A DNA stretch of 32,061 nucleotides. It comes from Piptocephalis cylindrospora (Eukaryota). Position numbers and translations under genes: made by a program. Shown piece by piece: positions 1-11,566 of the stretch (its first letter is position 1; each line of letters begins with the position of its first letter). The DNA lies in assembly GCA_003614145.1 (NCBI GenBank), contig KZ987749.1, positions 1 through 32,061 of the forward strand, in the 5' to 3' direction. Below the pieces are notes generated by a model. That model saw nothing but the letters and a program-made list of their open reading frames with translations. It was not told the origin of the DNA and did no database searches.

Positions 1-559
1 TTTCAAGCCCTTCTAATTCCATCGTGAGATTCAGATCTCCATTTACAACACAACAATATGGACATACAACCAAGCGTCAATGTGGCTCAATGCGATCAAT
101 GAATCACGTTTAAGTCCAGTCTTGCCACTAAAAATATGCCCTTTGCCTTGATGTGCACATTGTGTTGCCTTTATACTCATCTTAAGCCTTCATCGTAGTT
201 CAAAGGCCAAAGATCTGATGTATTATCCCTTGAGGAGCTGAATCGCTATTTTACCCATCTATATTACCAGCAGAATATCCTATATACATTATTTAATGGT
301 CAAGAAATTTAGACAGTGAGCTCAAGCCCATTCGAGCAAATACTGCATTGATATCCTTGCACATGAGATGTTGGCAGACAAAGGCCGTGGCCTTGATGTA
401 GCAAGATGAGAGAGATTTGGCGTCCGTTGATGAACCAAAGCTAGAGGGGTAATTTCAACCGAGCTCCGCTCACACATATGATCATGCACACAGGGGACGC
501 GTATCGCTAATCCTCCTTTCTTTCCCTCCCTCTTGATCCCGTTTCTGTCTTCCCTTGTC

Positions 560-2029
560 ATGTCCCGCACAACCCGCTCTCAGAAAGGCTCCCCCGCCCG
601 GGGGGAACCCAAGGATGCTTCCATCCCTCCCAAAGAAGCCAGGCAGACTTCAAAGCCCAGCCGCAAGATCCTTCAGGCCAACACCATGGAGGCAGTAGCA
701 GAATACATTCAAAAGACCTCACCTACCAAGATTATCGTCCTAACCGGGGCTGGCATCTCCACAGCCGCAGGAATCCCAGACTTTCGTACCCCAGGAACAG
801 GATTGTACGATAACCTACAACAATACGACCTTCCGTACGCCGAAGCCATCTTTGACATTGACTACTTTCGTCGAAAACCCGAGCCTTTTTACGCCTTGGC
901 CAAGGCTCTGTATCCAGGGAACTTTACCCCGACTCTGTCTCACTACTTTATCCGAATGCTAGCCGACCAAGGCATCCTTCTACGACAATATACGCAGAAC
1001 ATTGACACGTTGGAGCGTAGGGCGGGGATGCTGGACGAATGGCTAGTAGAGGCCCACGGATCATTTCATGAGGCCGTATGTGTGGACTGTGGCCATGTTA
1101 TACCCTCACAGGATGCTGATGGAAGTGACGCGGTACGGGAGGCCATTTTTGCTGACACCATCCCCCGATGTGCTCAATGCTCCGGGATTGTCAAACCCAA
1201 GATTGTCTTCTTTGGCGAGGGCTTGCCTCTGACCTATTTCTCCCGAATGAACGAGGACTTTGACAAGTGCGACCTTTTACTGGTTATGGGGACTTCCCTC
1301 AAGGTTCAGCCCTTTGCCTCGCTCATCGATAGGGTTCCCAATCATGTGCCCCGACTACTCATCAATCTGGAGCGATGTGGAGAGGTAAGTGAAGGTGGAT
1401 GAAGGAGGTGGCTGATGCTTTAGACACCAAATAGTTTAGGGCCCCTCTAAACAATACCATCACCTCACTCAACTATGTAGGGAGGTAGAATGTCCGGGTT
1501 TGATTTTTCCGGCAAGAAACATAAATTTCAACGGGATGCCTTTTGGTCAGGAAGATGTGACGACGGTTGTCTGGAGCTGGCAAAGCTCTTGGGGATGGAA
1601 AGGCTCTTGCTTGACACCATGGATCGGGAGCATCATCTTTTAGCCAAGAAGGATGGTTTGATCTCTCCTGAAGAGGAGGAGGAGGAGGAAGAGGCTCGCC
1701 TGATTGAGAAGGTGGCCCAACTAACTGTATCCGATACCAAGGGCCCTAGTTCAGAGGGAGGTGATCAAAAGGATGATGTGGGGAAGGACGCGTCATCCAC
1801 TAAAACTGCAAGTACCACCGAGGAGGAGGATGTGCATTTGGGGAAGGATAGGGAGGACGCCGATTCCAAGGCCACTGAGAAAGACGGGGTCTTGACGGAG
1901 ATGAAGGAGCAGACCTCCGTCTCTTCAGTAAACCCTCCTATCCAAGGGACTAAGAAGGATCAAGATGAAAACGCAGCGGACGATAAAAAGGAGGATACTG
2001 AGATGAGCAAGGGTTACGCCCTATCGTAA
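560..2029 (+). CDS. HST2: NAD-dependent deacetylase, class I sirtuin (HST2/SIRT2-like), ~457 aa, exons 560-1384 and 1481-2029
   Basis: Motifs GAGISTAAGIPDFR, TQNIDTLE, HGSF, CxxC...CxxC, KPKIVFFGE and GTSLKVQPFASL. A GTAAGT..TAG intron (1385-1480) joins the two ORFs in frame. The C-terminal tail is acidic and low-complexity. Confidence 0.95.
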
Positions 2030-2283
2030 TTTTGGAAGGTTGGGTTTCCTTGCTAGTTAGTCTCTATAAAGCCCTTGTTCATGCCTATGAATTACTGTCG
2101 ATGATCAGATTGTATTCCACTAGAGTATCGGTAGATTAGGGATGTATGGAATGGGGATCCAGTATTGCAGTATCGCCCTTTTCCCTTAATGGAGAAGCTA
2201 GGAATATTGGACGCATCAAAATCAAAGCCCTCGAGTAAAAGTATTAATCCATTGACGATCGATCAACCGCTTAGGGTATTCAT

Positions 2284-2855
2284 TTAGGCATCCTGAATAG
2301 CTTCTTTTAACCATTGATTGACCTGGTTGAAAGATTTGCACCGATGAAGATTAGCTAGGATCTTTTGCAGATCCTCCGCCGTAGCGATGGCTCTTTCCAT
2401 CTTCAGTTGTTCCTTATCCATCGATGCCTGGATGATACGAGTAAGAGTGGTCACGACAAAGATTAGGATATATTTCCGTCATGCTAACCCAACCCTCCCT
2501 CCTCACCTTGGCTGCCAGCATTTCCGGGGCCTGGACCTTGACGTTCTCATAGACGCGGTATAGCCCAAGAGAGGCATCATTCAGCAGAGCTCGATGAGTC
2601 AAGGACACATTGGTTCCCACTATAGATGAGGATCAAATGAGATTTTCAGTAGGACGCACGGTCGGAGTAAGGGCAAAGCCCCGTCTGGCCGGTCCCTTCC
2701 TCAGCCGACTGTACATGCATGTAGTGGCGAGCAAGGACGAGGTACTTACGGTCATTAGCTCGGTCCAGGAAGCGGTCATGTTCCGTCTGGCTTGTCCTTT
2801 CTGCAGTGCGTAAAGGCACAGTGTGGCTGGTGGTCTCGGTGGCTCGGTTGGACAT
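2284..2855 (-). CDS. BORCS8: BORC complex subunit 8 (BORCS8/MEF2BNB)-like, ~120 aa, exons 2855-2750, 2619-2507, 2427-2284
   Basis: The spliced product LLNDASLGLYRVYENVKVQAPEMLAAKASMDKEQLKMERAI...FNQVNQWLKEAIQDA aligns by eye with BORCS8 (LANEPSVALYRLQEHV...FRSVEGLLKQAI). Both introns are GT-AG and keep the frame, and the length fits. Confidence 0.8.
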
Positions 2856-3410
2856 ATGAGATAGTGGTTTAAGAGAGGATGAGCAGGTTAAAAAGGGAAA
2901 CGGGGCTGGTATCGGGGAAAAAGGTGGCGTGGGAAGAGGAAGGATAGACGATGCGGATGGAGTGGTTCATTCAAATCGTGGACTGCACATATATCCCTAT
3001 CCTCTGATCCATGGACTATCATATAGACCGAACATGATGTGTCAAGACAATCCTCCTATATGCCCATATGCAGGGGTAGAGTTCTAAGAGTGAGTACAGG
3101 GCAATCCTTGGTTCTTTTAGTTGCATTGTAGCTTTATAGTTGCCAGTATTAGTTTGCATTGACTCATCACGGCCATTTTCTGAATCAATAATGACTACCG
3201 GATGATCATGGGCGGACTAGATTATAGCCTCTATCCAAGATCAATCAAGGGCCTTTAAAGTCATAACCAAGCGGAGATGAACTTTAGATACCTCACCTTC
3301 CTACCAAACTTCCCTCACCTCCCCCTCGTTTCTCGGCCAAAAACCGGCTCTCACATCCCAACCCACCAACACTACTGCCACTACTGGGCCCGACGTTGAT
3401 CACATCCTCA

Positions 3411-5087
3411 ATGGGAGACTTCTTACCCCCGCTGAAACCAGAGTTGGAGGAGCTGGATGCCATCATCCTGGGTACGGACATCAAAGAGGCGATCCAAGCG
3501 GCTTCACTTGCGTTGGACGGACGTGCCGTCCTTCACCTCGACAAAGAACCACTATATGGCCAGCGACATGCCACTCGTTCTCTGCGTGAGATGAACCAAT
3601 GGGCCGGAGGTAAGGAGGACCTACCCGAGATCCTCAAGGCCCACGGGCGAGGCTGGAACCTGGACCGATGCCCTCAACTCCTGCCGGCAGCAGGAGATGT
3701 CGTGGATTTATTGATTGCCTCGGATGCCTCCTCTCATGTCGAGTTTAAGCTACTCAACTCAGCCTACATTCTTCTCTCTGATCCAGCCTCAAGCGTAGCC
3801 GAATGGATCCCCGTGCCCTCGTCCAAAGAAGCAATTTTCTCCTCAACGACCCTGTCTCTCCTAGAAAAGAGGAAGCTTATGCGATTTCTTACTTATATGG
3901 CTTCAGTGGATGAGGAAGGGGTGGAGACAGAGGAGGAGGCGGGATCATTTCGCCTTTGGATTATGAAGCGCTTTGGTCTTTCTGCTCGTCTGGCCGACAT
4001 TGTGCAGTATGGGGTGCTTATGGACGGCATGTCCTCTCCCCACACGCCCGAATCGCTGCAGGTGCAAGGGGGAAAGGCGAGGGCAAGGTCTCTACTGCAA
4101 TCTGTCGGTCGCTATGGCGCCTCCCCCTTCCTCTTCCCCATGTTTGGAATGGGGGATGTGGCTCAAGCATTTTGTAGGTAAGTCTCACTCAGTTATGCAG
4201 CAGGGGTGGTAGGATAAAGGAATATTAAGAAGAACCGGAGGGTGTAGTCATATGCCAACATGATGGGCTTACACTCAATCCCTCCCACCTACCTCCCTTC
4301 TAGGATGGCAGCTGTGCATGGTGCGATCTATGTAATGCAAAGACAAACTGGAGAAGTGAGCGAGGGGGACAAGGACCTTTGGCTCCCTGAGACAAAGGAA
4401 ACCCTGAGCTCCAAACGGATTCTAGCTCATCCGGACTATCTTAAGAATCGAGGATCGATTTCAAAAACCCGGAAGTACTTGTGCATTGTACCCGCCCCAG
4501 ATCCTCCCAAGACCAAGGATAATACGGAGGAGGAGGGAGAGGCTCAAGATACTCTGGAAGAGAACCAAGAGACATCGGAGGACGGTGCCCCCACCGTCTT
4601 TACTCTTCCTCCAACATCCGAGAATACGCCGGCCGTGTACGTCCTTTCCGTGGGCTATGCAGTTCAAGCTAGCCCTAAGGGATGGTGTAAGTCAAGAGTG
4701 AGAGAGAAGATGGTTGTGAGATAATATTCCATTATTAACAACACCGCTTTCCCGGACCTGCACCAAGTGGTCTTGTATGTATCATTTACATCGATTGATG
4801 ATGGATCGGATCAGAAGGATCAAAGCATCTTTGAACACTCCTTTAGAGAGGTCCGTCGCTTTTATGACTATCCATTGCTTGAACCAAAGGAAGCTGCCCT
4901 AACTCTATCCTGGCTTGAGGAGGATATTCCTGGAGAAGATGGGTCCTCGCCAGTACTTTGGTCCTTACCCAAGGAACCTTTGGAGCAAATCCGGGACCTT
5001 CTACATCGTCCTGCATTTTCTGGTGCAAAGGAGGAGGAGGACGATGCTGAGATGAATGGAGAGAACAAAAGCTCGAGTAAGGAGTAA
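3411..5087 (+). CDS. MRS6: Rab escort protein (REP/MRS6/CHM; GDI superfamily), ~489 aa, exons 3411-4177, 4304-4686, 4768-5087
   Basis: GDI/REP motifs DAIILGT..VLHLD..YG, VPSSKEAIF..LSLLEKRKLMRFL and FLFPMFGMGDVAQAFCRMAAVHGAIY. Two GTAAGT introns restore the frame. Confidence 0.88.
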
Positions 5088-5415
5088 CGGCCCAATAAGT
5101 AGCCTCAGTGTTGCGCTTCTTAACCTTGACCAAGGGACTAGGATAATGAATGGATTGTGATAATACCCTCCGATAATGTCCCTGTTGGGTCCATGATTCG
5201 GATATTCATTCGGTGATTTAATGCATGAAACGGATAAGCATCTTGTGTGGGACCATGAGCCCACATAAATATGAATTCATGTAAAAAGAATAGATGATTG
5301 CTCCATGCGAATGAGAAGGGTGTCCAGTAATGCAGCCCATGGATACACCATAATGAGAATGTGCAGTATATGAGCACCAGATAGTCATGGTTAGAGAGAA
5401 AGATAGGTATAGCTC

Positions 5416-6695
5416 CTACCCTAAAGCCTCTGGGGCCGAAGAATCGTACGGACCGCTATACAGGCTAGAAAATCCCTCCGCAGTGGTAGGTTGGAGCCTA
5501 AAGAAGAAAAATGGCGATTGTGGAATGAAGGATAATGTGTGAATGAGGCGAAAGGTGTGGCAGGAAAGCACCATAATCTATCGCAACTTGAGAACATACC
5601 AATTATCCGCGCTGTACTTTGAGGTACCTTCAATTACATGAAAGGTTAGTGCAAGACGGCGATTCATGCTCGTATTAGCGCTTGAGCGATGTAGAACACT
5701 TCCGTGGATCAGTACCAAGGACCCTAGAGGCGCGAATTTGATGATGAGTCAAGGCAAAAGATGTGCTCCTCTTTTCATTGAGAATAACTGGCCATGCTTT
5801 CCGCCCTCACAAGACAAAAAATTACCTTTAGGGCAGGGAGCCAGCTTATAATCCTCACTGGGGACCTGATAAGCCCCCTTTCCCTCCTCACCAGTTTTTG
5901 CATCCACAAGAATAGCCTTGACTGGCGGTCCAGCAACACGAATATATCTCTGACTAATCTCCCGATCATGGGAGCCTGGAACAAAAGCTAGGCATCCATT
6001 ATCGGGAGTGCAATCCTCCAGAGCAAACCAAAATCCAATAGCCGACAATGGTGTCGTATGAAGGAAGGAAGAATCTTGATGAGGAGGAACTAGAGGAGGA
6101 GAGGGGTGTTATGATTAGCTCTTCATCACCCTACGTAGAAGCGGGCATGTTTCATCAAAGATCTTCCTGATCCTGGGTCCCATACACCGCTTTCTTTCCG
6201 CCCAAGGTTTTGTGAGCCCTGATTACCTTCTCCACCAATGTTAGGCTGCTTAAAGATATACATGGATTGAAGGACCCTTGGATCATTAATGTGGAGTTGC
6301 TTGGCAATACTCTGGATGGGCTCACCCATGATCTTGCGACGACACAAATGATCCACGAGATGCAAGCCATGGCCAATCTTATTCACTGCCTGATGTGGCT
6401 TTACCTTCAAGGCCCTTGGATTGGCTGGATCCACGGACTTGGTCTCGAGAAAGTAGCGAATTTTATCGCCGGATTCCAAAAAGTAATCGTCCTCTGAATG
6501 AGGTTTCCCCTCTGCCGATTGACCAGAGGCAGTGAAGAGACTAATAGGATGACTTGAGGGATCAAAAGCTTCGACAAGTTCGTCCGCCCGACGTCGAAGT
6601 TTCGACACGTCTTCCTCAGTAAGGAACTCCGGGATGACTAGATATCCGTCACGATGAAATTTCTCGAGTTGCTCAGTGGTTAAGCTGACGGTCAT
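5416..6695 (-). CDS. PHYHD1: Phytanoyl-CoA dioxygenase domain protein (PHYHD1-like Fe/2OG dioxygenase), ~312 aa, exons 6695-6227, 6089-5826, 5723-5600, 5497-5416
   Basis: Motifs FHRDGYLVI, NKIGHGLH, QSMYIFKQP, HQD (HxD), GFWFALED..NGCL..VPGSH, LIHGSVLHRS and NWLQP. Three GT-AG introns are phase-consistent. Confidence 0.92.
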
Positions 6696-7547
6696 GTTGT
6701 TGAGCAGGGATGTTGAGTGAAGTAGGATTTGGATTGTCGAAGCAAGTTGGTCAAGAAAGGGAGAGAAGTAAGAGAGTGTGAGAAAGTAAAGGGAGTCACT
6801 TATGGACATTACGCGGGATCTTGTTTGAGTAGTGTGCATTCAAGGCCAGGCCCCGATGTCCTCCTCCACGACGATATGTGCTCCTGCGAGGAGAGTCTAA
6901 TGATAGCATATCTATTTACCTGTCGCATGCGACAATGACCTTCTGATACATAACTTATGAAGGCTATGAAAGGAAAGTACAATCAGGCCAATGGACTTGA
7001 CTCCCATTGAGAACAATAAGGGGAGTTCTCTGGTGATACATGGATTTATATTTTATGATGGTGATGATGATAAACCCATTTTATTTTCCTCAGTGGGATA
7101 GGTAGATGGGCATCCAAACCTAGTGTCTACTAAGATAGCTGGCATGTGTGGTGGCAGGGCACCAAGATATTTTATGATAATGGTTAATAATTAGCCATTA
7201 TCTACCCTCATCAAGGCAGTACTCCTATTATTATTAAAAATGATGAACAAAACATAGACTATCGTTGGTTTCTGATGCCCTCTAGCTAGCACCACATGAG
7301 GTAATAAAATCTGGGCTTATCATCGTTATTACTAGTTTCTGAAGCGGGACAGATTGACGACATTTAGACCTGACATCTTTATGGACAATAAATGTGGTTC
7401 TTTTAGGCTGTCCTTGATGCAAAACAAAAAGGATGAAATTCAAGGCCTTGGACAAGCTTCACCGTGGTATGTCACACAGCCATCCATGCTTAACGGGATC
7501 GATACGAGTATCGGACCTTGAAGTTTTGTTCGCGACTTGAGGAAATG

Positions 7548-7555
7548 GTAAACAA
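7548..7555 (+). promoter_or_regulatory. Candidate forkhead-binding site GTAAACAA upstream of DAM1
   Basis: Exact forkhead consensus about 90 bp upstream of the ATG of a mitotic gene, next to a TTCGCGA (SCB-like) element at 7529-7535. The motif is short and could occur by chance. Confidence 0.35.
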
Positions 7556-7646
7556 GCCAATGCGCCCCTGACTCAGCTATCATTGCCAATCCACCACCTC
7601 GATCTTTCTTCCTTCTCTTTTCACACCGCCACCCCCTTACAATCCC

Positions 7647-8678
7647 ATGACCGTTCCTCCTTACTCGGCCAGTGCGTCCAGGAGTCGACGGATGACCCTA
7701 GCTACAGGGATGACGCCTCATCACCGACGTCGGACACTGGGAGGACGACGGATGAGCATGGCGGCGCCAGGAGTACTGGATAGGGCCGGGGGATCAAGGA
7801 GACTAAGCCGAGATTCTTTTGGTCCCGCCATTGCCCAGCTTGACTCGGCGTTTACGTCGTTGGAGAAAAATTTGCGAAATCTCCAGTCCCTCAACGATTC
7901 CTTGGATTCATTCAATGATGCCTTTTCTTGTCTCCTGGGCGGCTTGACCCTGAATGCGACGGCTGGTGTCACCTTTCCCGAGGCACCCACTTCGCTTTCT
8001 TTTCGCAGATCACAAAGATCACATTATACGCTTCCCTCCTTTACGCTTCCTTCCTCGTCCAAGTTGGCTGAGGCCAATCGGCCTTCCGTACCGAGGATGG
8101 GGCAATCAGCTGGAGCTGACACAGAAATTTCCTTCATGCACGATACAGTGGGCCTGACCCTCCCAGCCACCCCTTCTCACGCCCCATCGGCCTCAACATC
8201 AACACCGATCCCGTCCAAGATGCACATGCCCGTAGGGACGGATGCAAGCGTTTCGGGCGTTCGAAGGGGATCCAAGCTACCGGTGCGCAAGAGTCAAATC
8301 CCTTTACCATCAACGCCAATGACCAAGGGAACAGGAAAGAAGTCGATGGGCAAGGCAGATCCTGCGTCTGCACCTGATCGAACCCTAAGACGAGCCAAGA
8401 AGAAGAATGAACTCCCCGTACGAAAGATTATCCAGACCTTACCGCCCAAGTACCGCCATCCACCCCACGCCGAAGTGCTCGCATCCATCCTTCGTATCTT
8501 TGGGGATATTCCCCAAGGCCTCCTCCTTCAGGAGGTTGTTCAAAGGTCGGGTGCTCCAAAGCATCGGTGCATCGAGTATCTTAACACCTTGGTCTCCACG
8601 GCCCATCTCCTCCGATCCCATCGCAAGGGTATGCACTATCGCTTGAATCCAGCAAGACACCCGGGCCGAGGTCTTTAA
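7647..8678 (+). CDS. DAM1: DASH/Dam1 kinetochore complex subunit Dam1, 343 aa, intronless, with an extra C-terminal helical domain
   Basis: The core FGPAIAQLDSAFTSLEKNLRNLQSLNDSLDSFNDAFSCLLGGLTLNA..VTFPEAP matches the Dam1 pattern. Several RRxS/T Aurora-type sites are present. Confidence 0.88.
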   Translation: MTVPPYSASASRSRRMTLATGMTPHHRRRTLGGRRMSMAAPGVLDRAGGSRRLSRDSFGPAIAQLDSAFTSLEKNLRNLQSLNDSLDSFNDAFSCLLGGLTLNATAGVTFPEAPTSLSFRRSQRSHYTLPSFTLPSSSKLAEANRPSVPRMGQSAGADTEISFMHDTVGLTLPATPSHAPSASTSTPIPSKMHMPVGTDASVSGVRRGSKLPVRKSQIPLPSTPMTKGTGKKSMGKADPASAPDRTLRRAKKKNELPVRKIIQTLPPKYRHPPHAEVLASILRIFGDIPQGLLLQEVVQRSGAPKHRCIEYLNTLVSTAHLLRSHRKGMHYRLNPARHPGRGL

Positions 8679-8853
8679 AATGCCATGGGTTGGTGAGACG
8701 ATCATGGCCATACATGTGTGTGCTTATAAGCATGAGGGTAGGGGAGTTACTGAGTCAAGCGCAATTAAAGAAGATAATTAGGAAGATAGATGATAAAGAT
8801 GATATTGTTCACCACAAGAGATGCTATACGAGTCATTGCTTTTTTTCCCACTT

Positions 8854-9783
8854 TCACTCTTCTTCTCTTGAGGCTCTGAAGCTCTTCGTATGGGCTCCCG
8901 TGATCTGGCCTCTAATCCAGTCTTCCAGCTCCAGCGCCCATTCCTCCCGATCATTATCATTGTTCCCATTGACACCGGGAGATGAATCCCCATCAGCGCG
9001 ACGGGGAGTAATTCTATCCTTGAGCTCTCGCAACACCCTTTCTCTTCGATTGCCAGAGTCTCCAGGCCAAGAGCTTTGATCGTACAATACCAATGCATGC
9101 TGATAACAGAGGAGCGAGATATCTGAGAGTGGAGGGAATGCGAATGGGAGTAAGGCATCCCCCAAAGCCCTCCAGCCATTGGCGTCGCCTGGTCTAAGGG
9201 AAAGGTACTCTCGAAGAGCCCCGGTCCCCTCTTGAATGGAGCCTCCAGCAAGGAGTATCCTAGATCGGGACCAATGATGCCCAGGCTCATTACTCCCTGC
9301 CAGGTGCCGGATCAGAAGGGCGGCCTCCTCGTGCCTCCCAAGCTTTGAGGCGGCACACGCCCCAATCTCCCACCACTCCCGACACCTGGAGGCAAATACT
9401 TGATCGGTACATCGGGGGGGCCGTGCGCGCTCCAGGTGAGCCAGCACGGCCTGGACTACCGACAAGGCCTCTGCGTACCGACGATGCATGTAGTGATGCT
9501 CTACTGCGACCTTGATCTGGTGGGGCCCATGCTTACTTGTCATCAGGGTTACGAGGTCAGCATCGATGGAGATGGGATGGAACCACTGTAGGAGAAGGAC
9601 GTGTCAGAATGGTCGGGGTGATCAATAGCTACCCTATCCCAAACATCATACCCCATCATGCTCGGATTTTGGTGTGTAGGGTGTTGCTAGATGTACAGAG
9701 TTGAGCTTGCTTATCACCTCTTCCTCTTCACTATCTGAATAGGCCGATCCAGGCAAGTCGAAAAACGCCAATTCATCCGACAT
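8854..9783 (-). CDS. TPR-like protein resembling C8orf76, ~287 aa, exons 9783-9652 and 9585-8854
   Basis: Segments YTPKSEHDG|WF, YMHRRYAEAL, CAASKLGRHEEA and LSLRPGDANGWRALGDAL parallel human C8orf76 (YCAKLCEPQWF, YRRQEYQKAL, CLAHLGRHMEA, ISLHPFNPWNWGKLAEA). A 66-nt GT-AG intron separates the exons. Confidence 0.7.
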
Positions 9784-10286
9784 GTCCAGGAGATAGGGAA
9801 AGATGAGACGTGGTGAGTTGTAAAGGAAAGGGATTTGGTCCTCGAGCAGATAATATACCACACTGAATTGCTAAAACGTTGTTGTCAGGGTGATTTCACT
9901 GTTGTCCTGGTGTTGTTAAAGGATGATTAGAGTGCATTATTTTATCCAGTGCATAATTTTAGCTTGTCTGTCCCCCCAGTCATTCACCCACTACCCCCTC
10001 GTGTCCCCAAGGCTGTCTATTTACCATCGTCTCTTTCTCTAGGTCAGCACACCATAATTTTTTAACTTCAGCGTCTGGCTAAATCAATCAAAAGCCAGCC
10101 AACCTGGATCCTCGCTCCATCCAACAGGGTATGGCTTACGTGCGAAGAATCAGTGAGCATCGTAGCGTATATTATCAGGCTTGACCAGTTCATCTTATAT
10201 AAGGGGAAAGGAACTTCCAGGAGGGAACCATCTCCCTAAAGAATCATTGCCCCTTCAAAGCAAAACCAAAAGAAAAAGGATAGATT

Positions 10287-11566
10287 CTAATCATCCAGGT
10301 TGAACTTGATAGAGTGACTGGCAAAGTCGATAGCCCCTCCTCGGTAACTACCACGCTTTTTCTTGTTCTTTTCCGTCCGGAAGCTCTTGCCCTTGGTCAC
10401 AATCAGATCTTGGTTGGCCCTAAATCCGTAACTGTAATTATCCGAACCACCCTAGACAACCAGAGAGAATTAGAAAAGAGGTGGGGAATGAGCATTAACC
10501 AGGATCTAAGAGAATTTTCGCCATATCCTCAAAGAAACGTACCTTGCTCTCCCAGGTATTGTCTTTGAGGCGGTCATCATGGAAAATAACCTCATCCTCC
10601 CGCACCCGACAAAAAGGCACATTCTGCTTCCTTTCCTTTGACATTTCACCCTTATTCTGAACATTAGACTTGGCCTTCTTCTTCTCCTTGGTCACAGTGG
10701 TGGGTGGTGCAGCTTGGGTACGCTTCTTCCCCTTGTCTTCTTCGATGCTCTTTGCCTCGGTGATCTTTGACCTTTTGGTCTTGGGTGCTTCATCCTCTGA
10801 TGATGATGAAGACGAAGAAGACGAAGAAGACGAAGAGGAAGAAGACTCCGACGAGGAGTCGGATGATGATGATGATGATGATGACGAAGAGGAGGATTGA
10901 TCAGGTTTGACCTCTTTGGTCACAGAGATGGCCTCACTCTTTACAAATTGAATGGCCTTTTTCTTCTCTGTTTTTTCCTCTTCATCATCAGAAGAAGAAG
11001 AAGAAGAAGAGGAGGAGGAGGAAGAAGAAGAAGAGGAGGAAGATGATTCAGCCTTCTTGCTAGTCTTCTTGGTATCCCTCTTTTCTTCCTCTTCAGAGGA
11101 GGATGAGGATGAGGAGGATGAGGAGGATGAAGAGGAGGAAGATGAGGAGGACTCGGCCTTCTTGCTGGTCTTCTTTACACCTTTCTGCTCCTCCTCAGAG
11201 GAAGAGGAGGAAGAGGAGCTAGAACTATCAGTACTAGCTTCCTTCATCGTGACATCATCATCAGATGAATCCGAAGAAGAAGAAGAGCTCTAGGAAATAG
11301 GAATACATCAGTGAGAAAGGACACCTAATCTTTCTCTATCCAATTTGTCACATCCTTACCTCAGATGACTCGGTGGTGGTAGACGACTGCTTCTCCTGCC
11401 ATTCCTGAAAAATGGTAGATAGAGTACTGGTGGGAACCGAAGATCCTTTCAAAGCCTTCTTAGCCTCGCGACGAAAAGCATTGGCAGAGGTGAGGAAATC
11501 GGAGGCCTCGAGAAAGGCCAGGACTGCTGGGTAAAGTTCCTTGGGAGTAGTGGAGGTCTTGGTCAT
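10287..11566 (-). CDS. SRP40: Nucleolar phosphoprotein SRP40/Nopp140 (NOLC1), full-length, ~372 aa, exons 11566-11360, 11289-10543, 10451-10287
   Basis: N-terminal LisH-like ELYPAVLAFL, alternating poly-Ser/acidic and Lys-rich repeats, and the conserved C-terminus PFCRV...DLIVTKGKSFRTEKNKKKRGSYRGGAID..HSIKF. Confidence 0.93.

Noticed and set aside
7240..7342. Possible C/D-box snoRNA (ATGATGA ... CTGA ... CTGA)
   Set aside because: There is no terminal stem and no convincing rRNA-complementary guide next to a D box; such boxes arise by chance in AT-rich DNA.
9900..10200. Sm-like AATTTTTTA, CTGGCT/AGCCAG hairpin, AGTGCATWATTT direct repeat and acceptor-like CTCTTTCTCTAG
   Set aside because: It matches no snRNA I can recognise, the stems are short, and all frames after the acceptor close quickly.
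10670..11293. Plus-strand poly-Asp/Glu ORFs and (GAT)n/(GAA)n microsatellite-like runs, also in the second copy
   Set aside because: They are the antisense of the SRP40 poly-serine coding tracts.
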